Shown here: positions 19,473 through 30,034 of the stretch, piece by piece
Numbering within the stretch: position 1 is the first letter of the stretch
How the letters are laid out: the number at the start of each line of letters is the position of its first letter
Source: a virus
Lineage: Duplodnaviria > Heunggongvirae > Uroviricota > Caudoviricetes
IMG/VR virus record: IMGVR_UViG_3300028888_000044
Span: 32,001 to 96,000 of that record
Direction: 5' to 3' (one strand)
DNA length: 64,000 nt
Translations under genes and position numbers: made by a program
Notes under the pieces: generated by a model
Databases searched by the model: none
What the model was told of the DNA's origin: nothing
The model's input: only the letters and a program-made list of their open reading frames with translations

Positions 19473-19490
19473 TTCAGATTATATAATTTT

Positions 19491-22400
19491 TTAAGAATTT
19501 AATTGTGATAATCTAGCCTCAATGTAATCATATACACATTTTGCTGATGGGTATTGTACATCGCTACTGTTTTGGTCAATAGTGGTTACTTTGTTGGAAA
19601 TATCTTCCTTCTGTGCTAATACAGATTCATCAGCACCGATGATTGACATATCTTCTGTTAAATAAGTTGCAAGATTGTCAACAATTGAAATTGTATAAGT
19701 CTTTTCTGGTTCAACAACAAGTTCAAATACCCACTTAACACTTGCTGGTAAACTCAATGTTGTTGCACTCAATGGTGATGTGAATGAAAACAAGTATTCG
19801 TTTACAATGGTATTGTCTGTTGGTGTTGCCAAATTCAATGTCAATGTAGATACGCTACCCCATACATGCATTTCGTTAGGTGGTAATGTGAATGTTGTTC
19901 CAGTTGTCCCATGATTTATAACCTTAACCTTGTCAGCCTTGTTATCCATTGCTGTGGTAACGGCTGATATTGTTGTTTCAACTGAATTAAATGCTTGTGC
20001 AACACTTTGGCTACCACTTACATTTGACGCTCCAGTCAATGATGCTGGATATGTTACTGATGTGTAAGAACCTACATTGATGCTGCTGCCACTTGCAGTC
20101 AATGCTGCAACTTTATTTGTAATTGTTGCGGCTGTACCATTGAGTGTGATGCTTGAAATAGAACCCGAATTGTTTTGAAGTGCAGTATCAAGCAATACAG
20201 TTGCATCATAAACTGATGTTGCGGCACTTATGTATTTTGCTGATGATGGTGCAACATATTTGATGTTATCATTTGAATCAATTGTACCAGCAGCATTACC
20301 CAATGCTTTGATAGCCTTTTCTGTAACCAATTCATCATTCAACACCTCTTGTGTTAATGCTGAAATTGTTGTTTCAACAGCACTAAATGCTTGATTAATA
20401 GTTTGATTTCCGCTAATTGGTGTTGCGCCACTCAAAACACTTGGATATTCAATTGAAGTATATGTACCAACATTTATGTTATTGCCACTAATTCCAACAT
20501 TAGCAACTTTATTTGTAATAGTTGCATCAACGCCATTAACATTAACTCCGCTAATGCTGTTTTGTGAAGAACTTGCTATATTAGATATTGCAGAATCCAA
20601 TAAACTATCGGCATCATATAAAGATGTAGCACCACTTATGTAATTTGCTGTTGTATCTGTAACATAAGCAATTTCATTATTTTCATCAATCAAACCAGCA
20701 TTAGTTGCAATATCAATTATTGATTTTGTTGTAACCAATTCGTTGTCAATTACTTCATTTGTTAATGCAGAAATTGTTGTTTCAACATTATGGAATGCTT
20801 CTGTGACTGTTTGACCGCTTTCAACATTTACAGAACCGCTAAATGATTGTGGATAAGCAACTTCTTGATAACCATTTTCAATTGTAACAGCACTACTAAG
20901 ATGTGTATGGTCAATGTCTGCTTTTCCACTGATGTCTGTTTCTGTTTGATTTGTCCATAACCTTATTTCACCATCCTTGAAATAATAACAAGGTTTGTCT
21001 TGGAATAATACAATCCTATATGTATCATAAGCCTTTCCAATTAATTTATATATATAACCATCCTCTGTAGTTGGAAGGGTTTGTGATATTGGATGACCAC
21101 CTTCTTTTAATTTTACACTACCATCTGCTTGAGGAACACACACAAGATACACATCTGTATATGCACTTAATGTTGTGCCTTCATTGAAAGCATATCTAAA
21201 GTCTATTGGTGAATAATATTGAGTCAAAAGAGTTGCATTTGCTGGAGTTGCTTCTGCGGACACGGTTGTTATTGTACTATAATAATATACTTGACCAAAT
21301 GGGTCGAAACTTTCTGTTGTTAATGTTTTTTCTGTTCCCGTGTTATTAGGAACGGCATTGACTGGTGACAAATGTGTTTCGTCCTTGGTTAAAAGTATCA
21401 TATACCGATATAACTTAGTTGAAACTTTTATACAAGGATAATAATATGATATATTATACCCATTTGTATTACTATCATAACCATAAAACATGTCCCAACA
21501 ACCACCTTCAATTCTTGTTTCATTATATATAAACAACATAGTATATGCTGAACCGAATACGGTGGTAGTTCTAGTTGCTACTCCCATTGTGCTATAAACG
21601 GGTTTTGCTCCAAGGCCATTAATATTCAAAGTATATCCATTTGTACTTGACACAACACCATTTGTCAACAAACAGCAAACGCCATCGCGCAATTCTGTAA
21701 TACCATCAATTTGTGCAGTAAACGCAGTAGATGTTGATGTTGAATCCACTTTACCCATTGGTATTGATACAGCCATTTTTGCTGGACCGCCTGGAGTTGT
21801 TTGTGATTCAGCATAATTGATAGTTGATATTTTTGAATCAAGAATATCATCAGCATTCGCCAATGATGTTGCAGCACTGATATAGTGAGCATTTTCATTA
21901 ACATTATATTTTATTTCATTATTGGAATCGATTGTTCCAGCGGCTTCGGCAATTGCTTTTGAAATCTTTTCTGTTGCGAATTCGTCATCAAAAACTATTT
22001 GAGTTAAAGCAGAAACAGTATTTTCAACAGAATTAAAAGCATCTGCAATGGTTTGACTACCACTTACATTGGTTGCTGCACTGAATTCACTTGGATATTC
22101 AACAGATGTGTAAGTGCCGACATTTGTATCACTACCACTGATAGTAACACTAGCAACTTTGTCGGTTACTGTACCATTAATTCCATTAACATTAACTCCG
22201 CTAATACTGTTCTGTGCTGATGCTGATATGTTATATATTGCTGAATCAAGAATATTATCTGCATCATATAAAGAAGTTGCACCGCTAATATAATTGGCAT
22301 TGGCATTTGCAACATATGAAATTTCATCATTGTCATCAAGACCAGCAGCTTCTGCTAATTGTGTTATAGCTTCTGAAATAGTCTTTTCATCTTTAATTAT

Positions 22401-22790
22401 AGAATCAGTCAATGCAGAAATAGTTGTCTCAACTGAATTAAATGCTTCTGCAATTGTCTGACTACCGCTAACATTAACAGCACTGATGAATTCTTCTGGA
22501 TATTCAACTTGTGTATATGTACCTACGTTCTCATCACTACCACTGATTGTAACAGAGGCAATGTTGTTTTCAACGGTTGCACTAACACTATTTACATTAA
22601 TTCCTTTGATTGATTTACCAATATTAAATGTAACTATTTCATCTTCACTGTTTTTAAGTGAAATAGTTTCATTTCCTTTGGCATAATTAATTGCCAACTC
22701 ACCGTATTTAAGGTTTGATGGCTGTGGCAATTTTGGCTCGTTATTGACCAATTGGTTACTTCTAACGTGCAATAAATGTCTGTTTCCCAT
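19491..22790 (-). CDS. long tail fibre/whisker protein with internal repeats
   Basis: LKYGELAINY N-terminus; repeated ISGVNVNG..VSGSQTIAEAFNSVETTISALT..YISGATSLYDAD modules. Confidence 0.75.
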   Translation of the reverse strand: MGNRHLLHVRSNQLVNNEPKLPQPSNLKYGELAINYAKGNETISLKNSEDEIVTFNIGKSIKGINVNSVSATVENNIASVTISGSDENVGTYTQVEYPEEFISAVNVSGSQTIAEAFNSVETTISALTDSIIKDEKTISEAITQLAEAAGLDDNDEISYVANANANYISGATSLYDADNILDSAIYNISASAQNSISGVNVNGINGTVTDKVASVTISGSDTNVGTYTSVEYPSEFSAATNVSGSQTIADAFNSVENTVSALTQIVFDDEFATEKISKAIAEAAGTIDSNNEIKYNVNENAHYISAATSLANADDILDSKISTINYAESQTTPGGPAKMAVSIPMGKVDSTSTSTAFTAQIDGITELRDGVCCLLTNGVVSSTNGYTLNINGLGAKPVYSTMGVATRTTTVFGSAYTMLFIYNETRIEGGCWDMFYGYDSNTNGYNISYYYPCIKVSTKLYRYMILLTKDETHLSPVNAVPNNTGTEKTLTTESFDPFGQVYYYSTITTVSAEATPANATLLTQYYSPIDFRYAFNEGTTLSAYTDVYLVCVPQADGSVKLKEGGHPISQTLPTTEDGYIYKLIGKAYDTYRIVLFQDKPCYYFKDGEIRLWTNQTETDISGKADIDHTHLSSAVTIENGYQEVAYPQSFSGSVNVESGQTVTEAFHNVETTISALTNEVIDNELVTTKSIIDIATNAGLIDENNEIAYVTDTTANYISGATSLYDADSLLDSAISNIASSSQNSISGVNVNGVDATITNKVANVGISGNNINVGTYTSIEYPSVLSGATPISGNQTINQAFSAVETTISALTQEVLNDELVTEKAIKALGNAAGTIDSNDNIKYVAPSSAKYISAATSVYDATVLLDTALQNNSGSISSITLNGTAATITNKVAALTASGSSINVGSYTSVTYPASLTGASNVSGSQSVAQAFNSVETTISAVTTAMDNKADKVKVINHGTTGTTFTLPPNEMHVWGSVSTLTLNLATPTDNTIVNEYLFSFTSPLSATTLSLPASVKWVFELVVEPEKTYTISIVDNLATYLTEDMSIIGADESVLAQKEDISNKVTTIDQNSSDVQYPSAKCVYDYIEARLSQLNS

Positions 22791-22911
22791 TTTTTAACTA
22801 AAAAGTTTTTTTTAATTTTTTTTATTTCTATAACAATAGTTTTTATACTAATATTATTACTATTAGCACATTTTTAAATAAATATCTTGGTAAAAATAAA
22901 AAAGAAAACAA

Positions 22912-22975
22912 TGATATACAATTTTGGTATCAGTTGAGTAATTTAATTTACTTACTGATACCAAAAATTTTTTTA
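22912..22975 (+). repeat. hairpin element copy 2
   Basis: tgatatacaattttggtatcagtt...actgatacca. Confidence 0.65.
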
Positions 22976-23018
22976 TAAATAGCTCAATGGGTTATAAAAA
23001 AAAGAATTGGGTGACTTT

Positions 23019-23780
23019 TTATTCATCCAATTCCTTTAATCTATTAATTGCAAATTCACATTGGTTTTTTGATATTTCACTTCCAATAAAGTCAAGATTT
23101 CTCTTCTTGCACGAAACGGCAGTAGTTCCGCTTCCTATGAATGGGTCGTACACAACCCAACCATCCCTTGTGTATATATCAAGAAGCTTATCACAAAGTT
23201 CACTGCTGTATGTAGCTTGGTTATAAGGGCATTTGCCATCATTGTTAGCTGCTTCTACGAAATTATATGAAACCTCATAGTATTGTTGATTTGTTTTCTG
23301 ATTTATGGACTTTACTCGTCTGTTGTTCACATAAGTGTTCATCTCGTTCTTTCTTGCAAAGACAAACACGAATTCCCAATTTCTACTTAATCTTTTTCCA
23401 TTGGCTGGAAAAGGAAGCCCACATTTCTTCTTCCAAATTATAGTATCTATTACATCAAAATTGGTGTTCCTCACTATTTCAGTCACCAATTTATAGGGTA
23501 ATGATGGGTTTTCTATCGAATACGAGAAATTGTATATAACAACCCTATTCTCATTCAATATTTGGTCGAACTTGTTGAACAAGTTTATTGACCAATCTAT
23601 ATATTCCTCTTCTGTTTTCCAATCAACGTAGACATCATATCTTCCAGTGTCCGCATATCCACCCTTTCTGTGTGTCATATTATATGGTGGAGAAGTCAAT
23701 ATTGTATCAACCTTTATGTTTTCTGAAATCATTCTGTCCATCGTGGCAAAACAGTCCTCATTGCATATGCTTCCGTTCAT
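23019..23780 (-). CDS. DNA amino-methyltransferase (N4-C/N6-A, beta class)
   Basis: TSPPYN catalytic motif N-terminal, DPFIGSGTT SAM-binding motif C-terminal. Confidence 0.9.
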   Translation of the reverse strand: MNGSICNEDCFATMDRMISENIKVDTILTSPPYNMTHRKGGYADTGRYDVYVDWKTEEEYIDWSINLFNKFDQILNENRVVIYNFSYSIENPSLPYKLVTEIVRNTNFDVIDTIIWKKKCGLPFPANGKRLSRNWEFVFVFARKNEMNTYVNNRRVKSINQKTNQQYYEVSYNFVEAANNDGKCPYNQATYSSELCDKLLDIYTRDGWVVYDPFIGSGTTAVSCKKRNLDFIGSEISKNQCEFAINRLKELDE

Positions 23781-23926
23781 TTTTCTTCATTTTCATTTAA
23801 AAATTCAAGTTCATCAGAATTGTATTCAGCTATTATTTTACCATTACAATCCAATCTTGAATATATAATAGGATAAAGAAGCTTAACTTCTATTATTTGT
23901 CCAGTTTCAATTACTTTTGCTTTCAT
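23777..23926 (-). CDS. small hypothetical protein (49 aa, below the ORF track cutoff)
   Basis: MKAKVIETGQIIEV...DELEFLNENEEK; ATGA overlaps with both neighbours. Confidence 0.7.
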   Translation of the reverse strand: MKAKVIETGQIIEVKLLYPIIYSRLDCNGKIIAEYNSDELEFLNENEEK

Positions 23927-24180
23927 TTGCATATAATATTTTTGATATTCCAATCTTCAACATCTGCTGACAGAATATCTAATTTTGATTCAAGTCTTTC
24001 AACTCGTTCGATTAAATTATCGATTGTTTTAACCAAATCATCATATTTGTCATTCAATTTCCTTTGTTCTTCCTTTTTGTTTGCTTGCTTGAAAGCACGG
24101 CTTTCCAAAATATTAATATATTCATTAAGCTTTGTCTTTGTTGAACATTCTGATGGTTTTTGATTTTTTTCCATATACAT
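23923..24180 (-). CDS. small coiled-coil protein
   Basis: ORF coupled to the downstream gene. Confidence 0.6.
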   Translation of the reverse strand: MYMEKNQKPSECSTKTKLNEYINILESRAFKQANKKEEQRKLNDKYDDLVKTIDNLIERVERLESKLDILSADVEDWNIKNIICK

Positions 24181-24349
24181 AACATTAATCAAATATTAAA
24201 ATATAAAAAAAAAATAACAAAACAAAAAATATTTTAACATTTTTTTATATTTTCAAATGAAAAATAAATGTTTTATTATACTTTTTTAAAATCTAATATA
24301 TTTATTATTAAAAAAATAATCAAATAGTTAATCTATTTTTAGAACATTT

Positions 24350-26038
24350 ATGAAAAATATAAGAAGTAAGTATGTAAAGGATTCCTTACTCGATTACGCA
24401 TCTTTGACAAAATCACTCAAGGAAAATACAACAGATGCCGTGAGAGATTTGCTTGGTGAAGCTGTAAGGGATACTTATAATAAAATCTTGTCAGAGTCAG
24501 AGGATGACTATGACGAAGAAGAGATGGAAGATACTGATTCTGAAAATGATTTCAATGACACTGAAAGTGATGATTCTTCAACAGAGGAAACACAAACGGA
24601 AGTCACACCAGACGGTGCAGTTCAGAAGACTACACAAGGTTCTGACGGTGAGGGTAATGAATGGAGTGAATTTGAAAAGTACAAGGTTTCAGACGACCAG
24701 TATGATTTCTCTAATGCGGAAGACGAGGAAATCGTGAGAGCATACAAGCTTATGAAGGATGAAGACCAACTTATTGTAACAAAGGATGGAGACAAGATTC
24801 ACCTTCAAGACAATGAAACTGGCGCAGACTACATAATCGACCTTCAATCAGTACCAGCAGAACAAGAAGGTGATGACGATACTCTTGTAGATGATACAGA
24901 GGAAAAGGTTACAACCGATACTGATGATTTTGGTGATGATGACATCGATATGACTGATGAAGCTTCATCTAACACAGTGGAAGATACTGAAGATGACGGA
25001 GATTCTGAAAGCTACAACGGACTTGATTTCAAGGATTATCCAGATGATTTTGATTCAGATGATGATACTGATGATGATTCTTGGGATGATGAAGATGGTG
25101 GTTTCGGTGATGATGATTCTGATGAAGACGATTATGATGATGAAAATGAAGATGATAAAAATATGAATGAACAAAGAATTTTTGAAATAGCGTTGAACGA
25201 ATATGATTCAAACGTGGGATACACTGACAACTATCAGAAGAAAGATGTCATGACAAATCCAGGAATGTCGGAGCCAGCAAAGAGTAGTTCTACAAATGAT
25301 TGGGATAAGGGTATCCCTCACGGAACAGAAAAGCCTTGGAGTGGAAAGAAGGGCGATAAGAAGGAAAATCAGCCATTCCACGGAGAAAAGGGTACTACAA
25401 TCGAGGAAGAATTCGATGAATGTGGTGACATGTTCGAGGAAGAAGATGGAGATTACGGAACAGTTGATGAAACTTCATTTGGTGGTGAATTGAACGAATT
25501 GAAGACCAATGCAGAACACGCTAACAATGGCAGCACAAGTCGTACTGATGGTCCAAACAACCCAAGACGTAGAAAGGCAAGAAGTTTCCATACAGCACAG
25601 AACGGTCAAGAAACTGGTACAGCAACAAATGCGTATGCCCCAACAAACGAATCAATCAGAAGGAAGGCAAATCAAATCTTCAAGGAAAACCAACAGTTGA
25701 AGAAGATTTTGAACGACTTCAGAACTACTTTGAATGAAGCTGCCGTAACAAATGTTAATCTTGGAAAGATTATCAAGCTCATTTCCGAAAACACAACAAC
25801 TTCGGATGAGAAGAGAGAGATTATTTCAAGGTTCGGCAAGGAAGCAAAGACTATTGGTGCTTCAAATGCACTTTATGAATCAATTTCTAATGAGTTGAAG
25901 AAGAAGGGCAAGATGAACATCAACGAAGACAAGCAGTTTACTGCAAACTCTTCAAAAATGATTAATGAGACTGAAATCTACAAGTCAAAGGACTTGATGG
26001 AGTCTCTCGGTTTGATGCATAAGATATGCAAATTGTAA
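24350..26038 (+). CDS. prohead core/scaffold protein (gp22-like)
   Basis: Very acidic, C-terminal coiled coil, many [LI]xE sites, immediately upstream of the capsid gene. Confidence 0.7.
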   Translation: MKNIRSKYVKDSLLDYASLTKSLKENTTDAVRDLLGEAVRDTYNKILSESEDDYDEEEMEDTDSENDFNDTESDDSSTEETQTEVTPDGAVQKTTQGSDGEGNEWSEFEKYKVSDDQYDFSNAEDEEIVRAYKLMKDEDQLIVTKDGDKIHLQDNETGADYIIDLQSVPAEQEGDDDTLVDDTEEKVTTDTDDFGDDDIDMTDEASSNTVEDTEDDGDSESYNGLDFKDYPDDFDSDDDTDDDSWDDEDGGFGDDDSDEDDYDDENEDDKNMNEQRIFEIALNEYDSNVGYTDNYQKKDVMTNPGMSEPAKSSSTNDWDKGIPHGTEKPWSGKKGDKKENQPFHGEKGTTIEEEFDECGDMFEEEDGDYGTVDETSFGGELNELKTNAEHANNGSTSRTDGPNNPRRRKARSFHTAQNGQETGTATNAYAPTNESIRRKANQIFKENQQLKKILNDFRTTLNEAAVTNVNLGKIIKLISENTTTSDEKREIISRFGKEAKTIGASNALYESISNELKKKGKMNINEDKQFTANSSKMINETEIYKSKDLMESLGLMHKICKL

Positions 26039-26085
26039 ACCAAAACAAAGACAATAATTTAAAATAATACAAATAAGAAATTAAT

Positions 26086-28077
26086 ATGAGAGAATTTTTA
26101 ACTAGCGGACAAGTCGGTACTATCGAATTGAACGAACAGAAGAGAATTCGTGAAAGCATCCAAAAGCGTTGGGATTCGCTCGGATTCACAGAGGGTCTTG
26201 AGGGAACAATCAAGGAAAACCTTGCAACACTTTTCGAAAATGAGGCAAAGCACTTGCTTTCAGAAGCAACTGCATCTGACAACAGTGGTTCTTTCGAAAC
26301 CGTAGTATTCCCTATAATTCGTAGAGTATTTAGCAGATTACTTGCAAATGACATTGTATCTGTACAAGCAATGAACCTTCCAGTAGGTAAGTTGTTCTTC
26401 ATCTTGCCAGTAACCTCCACAAGAGAGTGGTTTGATGCAAGTGGTAACACTCTTGCTCCAGGCGCTGACCTTGAGGATGGTGTACAAGGTGCACACAAGG
26501 GTCTTATGGGATATGACCGTGTTAACCGCAACAAGCAAGGTGTAATTGAACCAAGATATTACTTGCCAGATGAGGTTGTAAACACTGTAGAAAATGTATG
26601 GACAGTACTCGGAAGTGAGGAAGAATACGCAACATACAAGGAAGCTTTGAGCGCAGCAACTGAACAAGGTTTGCCATCGTCAGCAGTACGTAAGGCTGGA
26701 CCAGAAGTTGTTCACTACTTCGAAAAGAGCCTTTATGACCTTTTCTATGATGACTTCCTTTATGACAATTCAAAGGGTAAGGTTACTATCCGTGTCGGCA
26801 ATGCTAACCCAGCATTCTTGACACCAATGGGTATGACTGAAATCACAAGAGATGGCTCAAAGGCACAATTCTTTGGTGACTTCCCTATCAAGAACGGAGC
26901 TGACGGAACTGTAAGAAACGTTGTTCTTGCTGTTGATGGCTTCTCTTCTTTCAACGCATCGAAGTTGACTGGTCCTGACGGAAACGAAATGGACACTGAA
27001 GCTTTCTTGGCTTCTTTGAAGGTTATCACTACAAAGGCCATTCCTTCTTCAAGTGGTGACAGTGGTGTTGAAACTACATCATTTATGAAGCACGAATCTG
27101 TACCTTTCCGTGTTGCTACACAGAAGTATGGTAAGGGTATCGTAGAATACAGCAACCCTTGCGATGCACAAGGTAAGATTTATCTTGAACTTGACTTGGC
27201 TAAACCTTGCAAGACACAAGCTGGTACTATCGATGGTTACATCGGTGTAGACTTTGAAACATTCTCTGGTGAGACTGTTGACTTGTTCCAAGTAGCTTGG
27301 GCACAATACGACTCACTTGAACTTGAAACTGAAATCGGTGAAGTTTCTTTCAAGCTTGACTCTGTAACAGTTTCAGTTGAAGAAAGAAAGTTGCGTGCAA
27401 CTTGGTCACCAGAACTCGCACAAGACGTTAGTGCTTTCCACAACATTGACGCAGAAAGCGAATTGACATCTATCTTGTCTGAACAAATCGCAGCAGAAAT
27501 CGACCGTGAAATCCTCCGTGATTTGCGTAAGGTTGCTCCTTGGCAAGCTCGTTGGGATGTGAATGGTTGGAGAAGAATGGCAGCATTCTCTACTAACTAT
27601 ACACAGAAGGACTGGAACCAAGAGTTGTTCACAAAGATTAACCAAATCTCTGCTCAAATCCACAAGGCTACACTTCGTGGTGGTGCAAACTTCATCGTTG
27701 TATCTTCTGAAATTTCAGCATTGTTCGATAACCTCGAATTCTTCCACGTAAGTGACGCTTCTGCTGAACAAGACGAATACAACATGGGTATCGAAAAGAT
27801 TGGTTCACTTTCTAACAGATACCAAGTATATCGTGACCCATATTCACCATATTGGTCAATCATTATCGGTCACAAGGGTAAATCATTGCTCGACACTGGT
27901 TACATCTATGCACCATACGTGCCAATGCAATTGACTCCAACAATGTTTAACCCATTCAACTTTGCACCAATCAAGGGTATTATGACAAGGTATGCGAAGA
28001 AGGTTGTTAATAACCGTTACTATGGACACGTTCGCGTAGATGGTCTCGTACATTGGAGCACAGCAGAGTTCAGATAA
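26086..28077 (+). CDS. major capsid protein (T4 gp23-like)
   Basis: IVSVQAMNLPVG, RKLRATWSPELAQDV, ILSEQIAAEIDREI, GYIYAPYVP, GIMTRYA. Confidence 0.95.
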   Translation: MREFLTSGQVGTIELNEQKRIRESIQKRWDSLGFTEGLEGTIKENLATLFENEAKHLLSEATASDNSGSFETVVFPIIRRVFSRLLANDIVSVQAMNLPVGKLFFILPVTSTREWFDASGNTLAPGADLEDGVQGAHKGLMGYDRVNRNKQGVIEPRYYLPDEVVNTVENVWTVLGSEEEYATYKEALSAATEQGLPSSAVRKAGPEVVHYFEKSLYDLFYDDFLYDNSKGKVTIRVGNANPAFLTPMGMTEITRDGSKAQFFGDFPIKNGADGTVRNVVLAVDGFSSFNASKLTGPDGNEMDTEAFLASLKVITTKAIPSSSGDSGVETTSFMKHESVPFRVATQKYGKGIVEYSNPCDAQGKIYLELDLAKPCKTQAGTIDGYIGVDFETFSGETVDLFQVAWAQYDSLELETEIGEVSFKLDSVTVSVEERKLRATWSPELAQDVSAFHNIDAESELTSILSEQIAAEIDREILRDLRKVAPWQARWDVNGWRRMAAFSTNYTQKDWNQELFTKINQISAQIHKATLRGGANFIVVSSEISALFDNLEFFHVSDASAEQDEYNMGIEKIGSLSNRYQVYRDPYSPYWSIIIGHKGKSLLDTGYIYAPYVPMQLTPTMFNPFNFAPIKGIMTRYAKKVVNNRYYGHVRVDGLVHWSTAEFR

Positions 28078-28099
28078 TTCTGAAAATCAACAATTTAAA

Positions 28100-28137
28100 T
28101 AAAAAATATCAAGTCCAAAAGACTTGATATTTTTTTG
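28100..28137 (+). terminator. intrinsic terminator after the capsid gene
   Basis: aaaaaatatcaagtc-caaaa-gacttgatatttttt. Confidence 0.8.
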
Positions 28138-28238
28138 ATAATTTCACAATCCTTTTGAGTTTGTATTTTTAATAGGTTTTAATTTTTTAATATAAAATAA
28201 AAAAGGACAGCCATTTTAATGGTTGCCCTTTTTTTGTT

Positions 28239-28646
28239 TTATTGTTTTTCGCGCTTGAATATATATTGTTCGCTATGCTCATCTATTGTTGACATAGTGA
28301 CTAATTCCCAACCATATTCACTTTCTTGTTTCAAAAACTTACTTGGTGAACCAGTTTTTATCCCAAGTGCACTATCCGAATAGACCCATTCGTGTGTATT
28401 ATAAGTGCGAGGAACAAGGTAAGCATAAACTACAATTGTTTTGTATTCAAATTCTTTTGGTTTAATTGGATAATTGTTTTGAGGTATATATTCTTTCGTA
28501 TATTTACCTGTAGTCCAATTAACCCCAATTTGAATTTCCTTAATAACTTGTCCTTTGTAGCGTATTTCTATAATTCTGCAAGGGCAATCATCATGCAACT
28601 CATAAGTTGTTGCAGTTAAATCATTAATGTCTTCTGTTGTAATCAT
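28239..28646 (-). CDS. hypothetical protein with C-terminal DUF4177-like domain
   Basis: FEYKTI...GWELV...YIFKRE. Confidence 0.6.
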   Translation of the reverse strand: MITTEDINDLTATTYELHDDCPCRIIEIRYKGQVIKEIQIGVNWTTGKYTKEYIPQNNYPIKPKEFEYKTIVVYAYLVPRTYNTHEWVYSDSALGIKTGSPSKFLKQESEYGWELVTMSTIDEHSEQYIFKREKQ

Positions 28647-28789
28647 AATTCTATCTTAAAATAATATTTGTTATCACGTTCAATAATAAATTCCCAACCT
28701 TCTTGACCCATTTTATTCAAAAAGGCTTCTTATTCGTCATATCCCATATATTTGGTATGAACAACCTTGTATTCAAATTGCTTTGTCAT
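28643..28789 (-). pseudogene. DUF4177-like small gene with in-frame TAA
   Basis: MTKQFEYKVVHTKYMGYDE*EAFLNKMGQEGWEFIIERDNKYYFKIEL; stop at 28730-28732. Confidence 0.7.
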
Positions 28790-28812
28790 AATTTTTTTAT
28801 TTTATATTATAC

Positions 28813-28965
28813 CTATAGAATTATTATATTTCCTCTCATAGTAAGCCCCATACTTTCTCTAAGGTCTTCAATAGAAGGTTTTGCTGAATCGCAACATTCG
28901 TAATACGGACAATAAACGCAATGTTTGTATTCTAACCCTTTTGGATATTTACATCCTTTACTCAT
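28813..28965 (-). CDS. small Cys-rich protein (50 aa)
   Basis: MSKGCKYP...HCVYCPYYECCDS; A-rich start context. Confidence 0.5.
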   Translation of the reverse strand: MSKGCKYPKGLEYKHCVYCPYYECCDSAKPSIEDLRESMGLTMRGNIIIL

Positions 28966-28975
28966 TTTTTTTATG

Positions 28976-29398
28976 TTACAGATTCAACAATTTTTTACTA
29001 AGTATTTTTTTACAATTAGCGATTTGACTTTTCAATTCAGACTTTCTATCATTTGCCCACTTGTCAAGTGCATTTTGTAAAGCATTTTCTTCGAGCCATT
29101 CAATTGGCATTTTCACTTGCCCAATACAATATTGGCTTTCATTGTAATAATTGAACCAAATAAAAGTATCGTGAATTGATATGAAATCAAGAGTTCCACG
29201 TCTGCTATAATCATAGTTCTTTATGCTACTGTAAAAAAATTCTGTATCACATAATTCTCCTACAAATATGTCATAAAAAGAGTCAATGATATATTTGCAT
29301 GTATCATTGATTTCTTTTTTCTGTTTACTAACTTTAATCATCAAATTAGTAACAGACCTTGTTTCATCAATAATTGCTTGACGTTTATCGTTTACCAT
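28976..29398 (-). CDS. hypothetical protein, paralogue of 30035-30496
   Basis: Shared C..I/VDSFY..FV.EL.D, IG...P..W.E and Q.ANCKK. Confidence 0.75.
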   Translation of the reverse strand: MVNDKRQAIIDETRSVTNLMIKVSKQKKEINDTCKYIIDSFYDIFVGELCDTEFFYSSIKNYDYSRRGTLDFISIHDTFIWFNYYNESQYCIGQVKMPIEWLEENALQNALDKWANDRKSELKSQIANCKKILSKKLLNL

Positions 29399-29417
29399 AA
29401 TCAAATGCTATTCTAAA

Positions 29418-29975
29418 TTAAACATATCTTTTTTCCCATTTGAAACCGTAAGATGATTTGCGAAGGTTTTTGCAGCAGTTATCAATATGCTTTCTGTTGT
29501 AACCAGTTTTGGATTCAATATCCTTGATTGATGACCAAGCACGAACAAAATTGCCCTTCAAATCGTATTGGAAAATCTTCAGCTTCTTGTCCAAATTAGC
29601 CCTAGGGTTTCTTGGAGTAACAGATGGTTTCGGTAGTTCTGCCTTCTTGATTTTAAGCCAAGCAAGTCTGTCACATTTCTTGACATTTGGGTATTCGCTC
29701 CATTCAAGATTGATAGCCCTATTGTCTGACAAATCGTTATTAAGATGAATAACGTATGGAAGGTTGTTTGGGTTTGGGATAAAATGCTGTGCCACCAACT
29801 TGTGGATTGGCTGCATGGACACATCTTCACCATTTGCCAATCTGACAAGATAATAACCAATTGTGGTTGGTATCAAATGCTTCTTTTCTTTCGTCTTGAT
29901 GTTTCTCACTGTTCCGTAATTGGATACTTGGTACAGCCCTTCATATCCTTCAATGTCTTTCCAAATCAATGCCAT
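29418..29975 (-). CDS. NUMOD4-HNH-NUMOD1 homing endonuclease
   Basis: WKDIEGYEGLYQVSNYG, IHKLVAQHF...HLNNDLSDNRAINLEW, QYDLKGNFV..W. Confidence 0.9.
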   Translation of the reverse strand: MALIWKDIEGYEGLYQVSNYGTVRNIKTKEKKHLIPTTIGYYLVRLANGEDVSMQPIHKLVAQHFIPNPNNLPYVIHLNNDLSDNRAINLEWSEYPNVKKCDRLAWLKIKKAELPKPSVTPRNPRANLDKKLKIFQYDLKGNFVRAWSSIKDIESKTGYNRKHIDNCCKNLRKSSYGFKWEKRYV

Positions 29976-30034
29976 ATTTAGTTGTGTTTAATATGTTCTT
30001 ATTATATATAAAAAATGTGATAAATCAAAGAAAA

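Noticed and set aside
13800-22975. Shufflon or invertible tail-fibre system
   Set aside because: The flanking elements are direct rather than inverted, and there is no recombinase or repeated crossover site in the window.
5543-28077. Introns or inteins in terminase, portal or capsid genes
   Set aside because: The ORFs are continuous, and their insertions lack intein or LAGLIDADG motifs.
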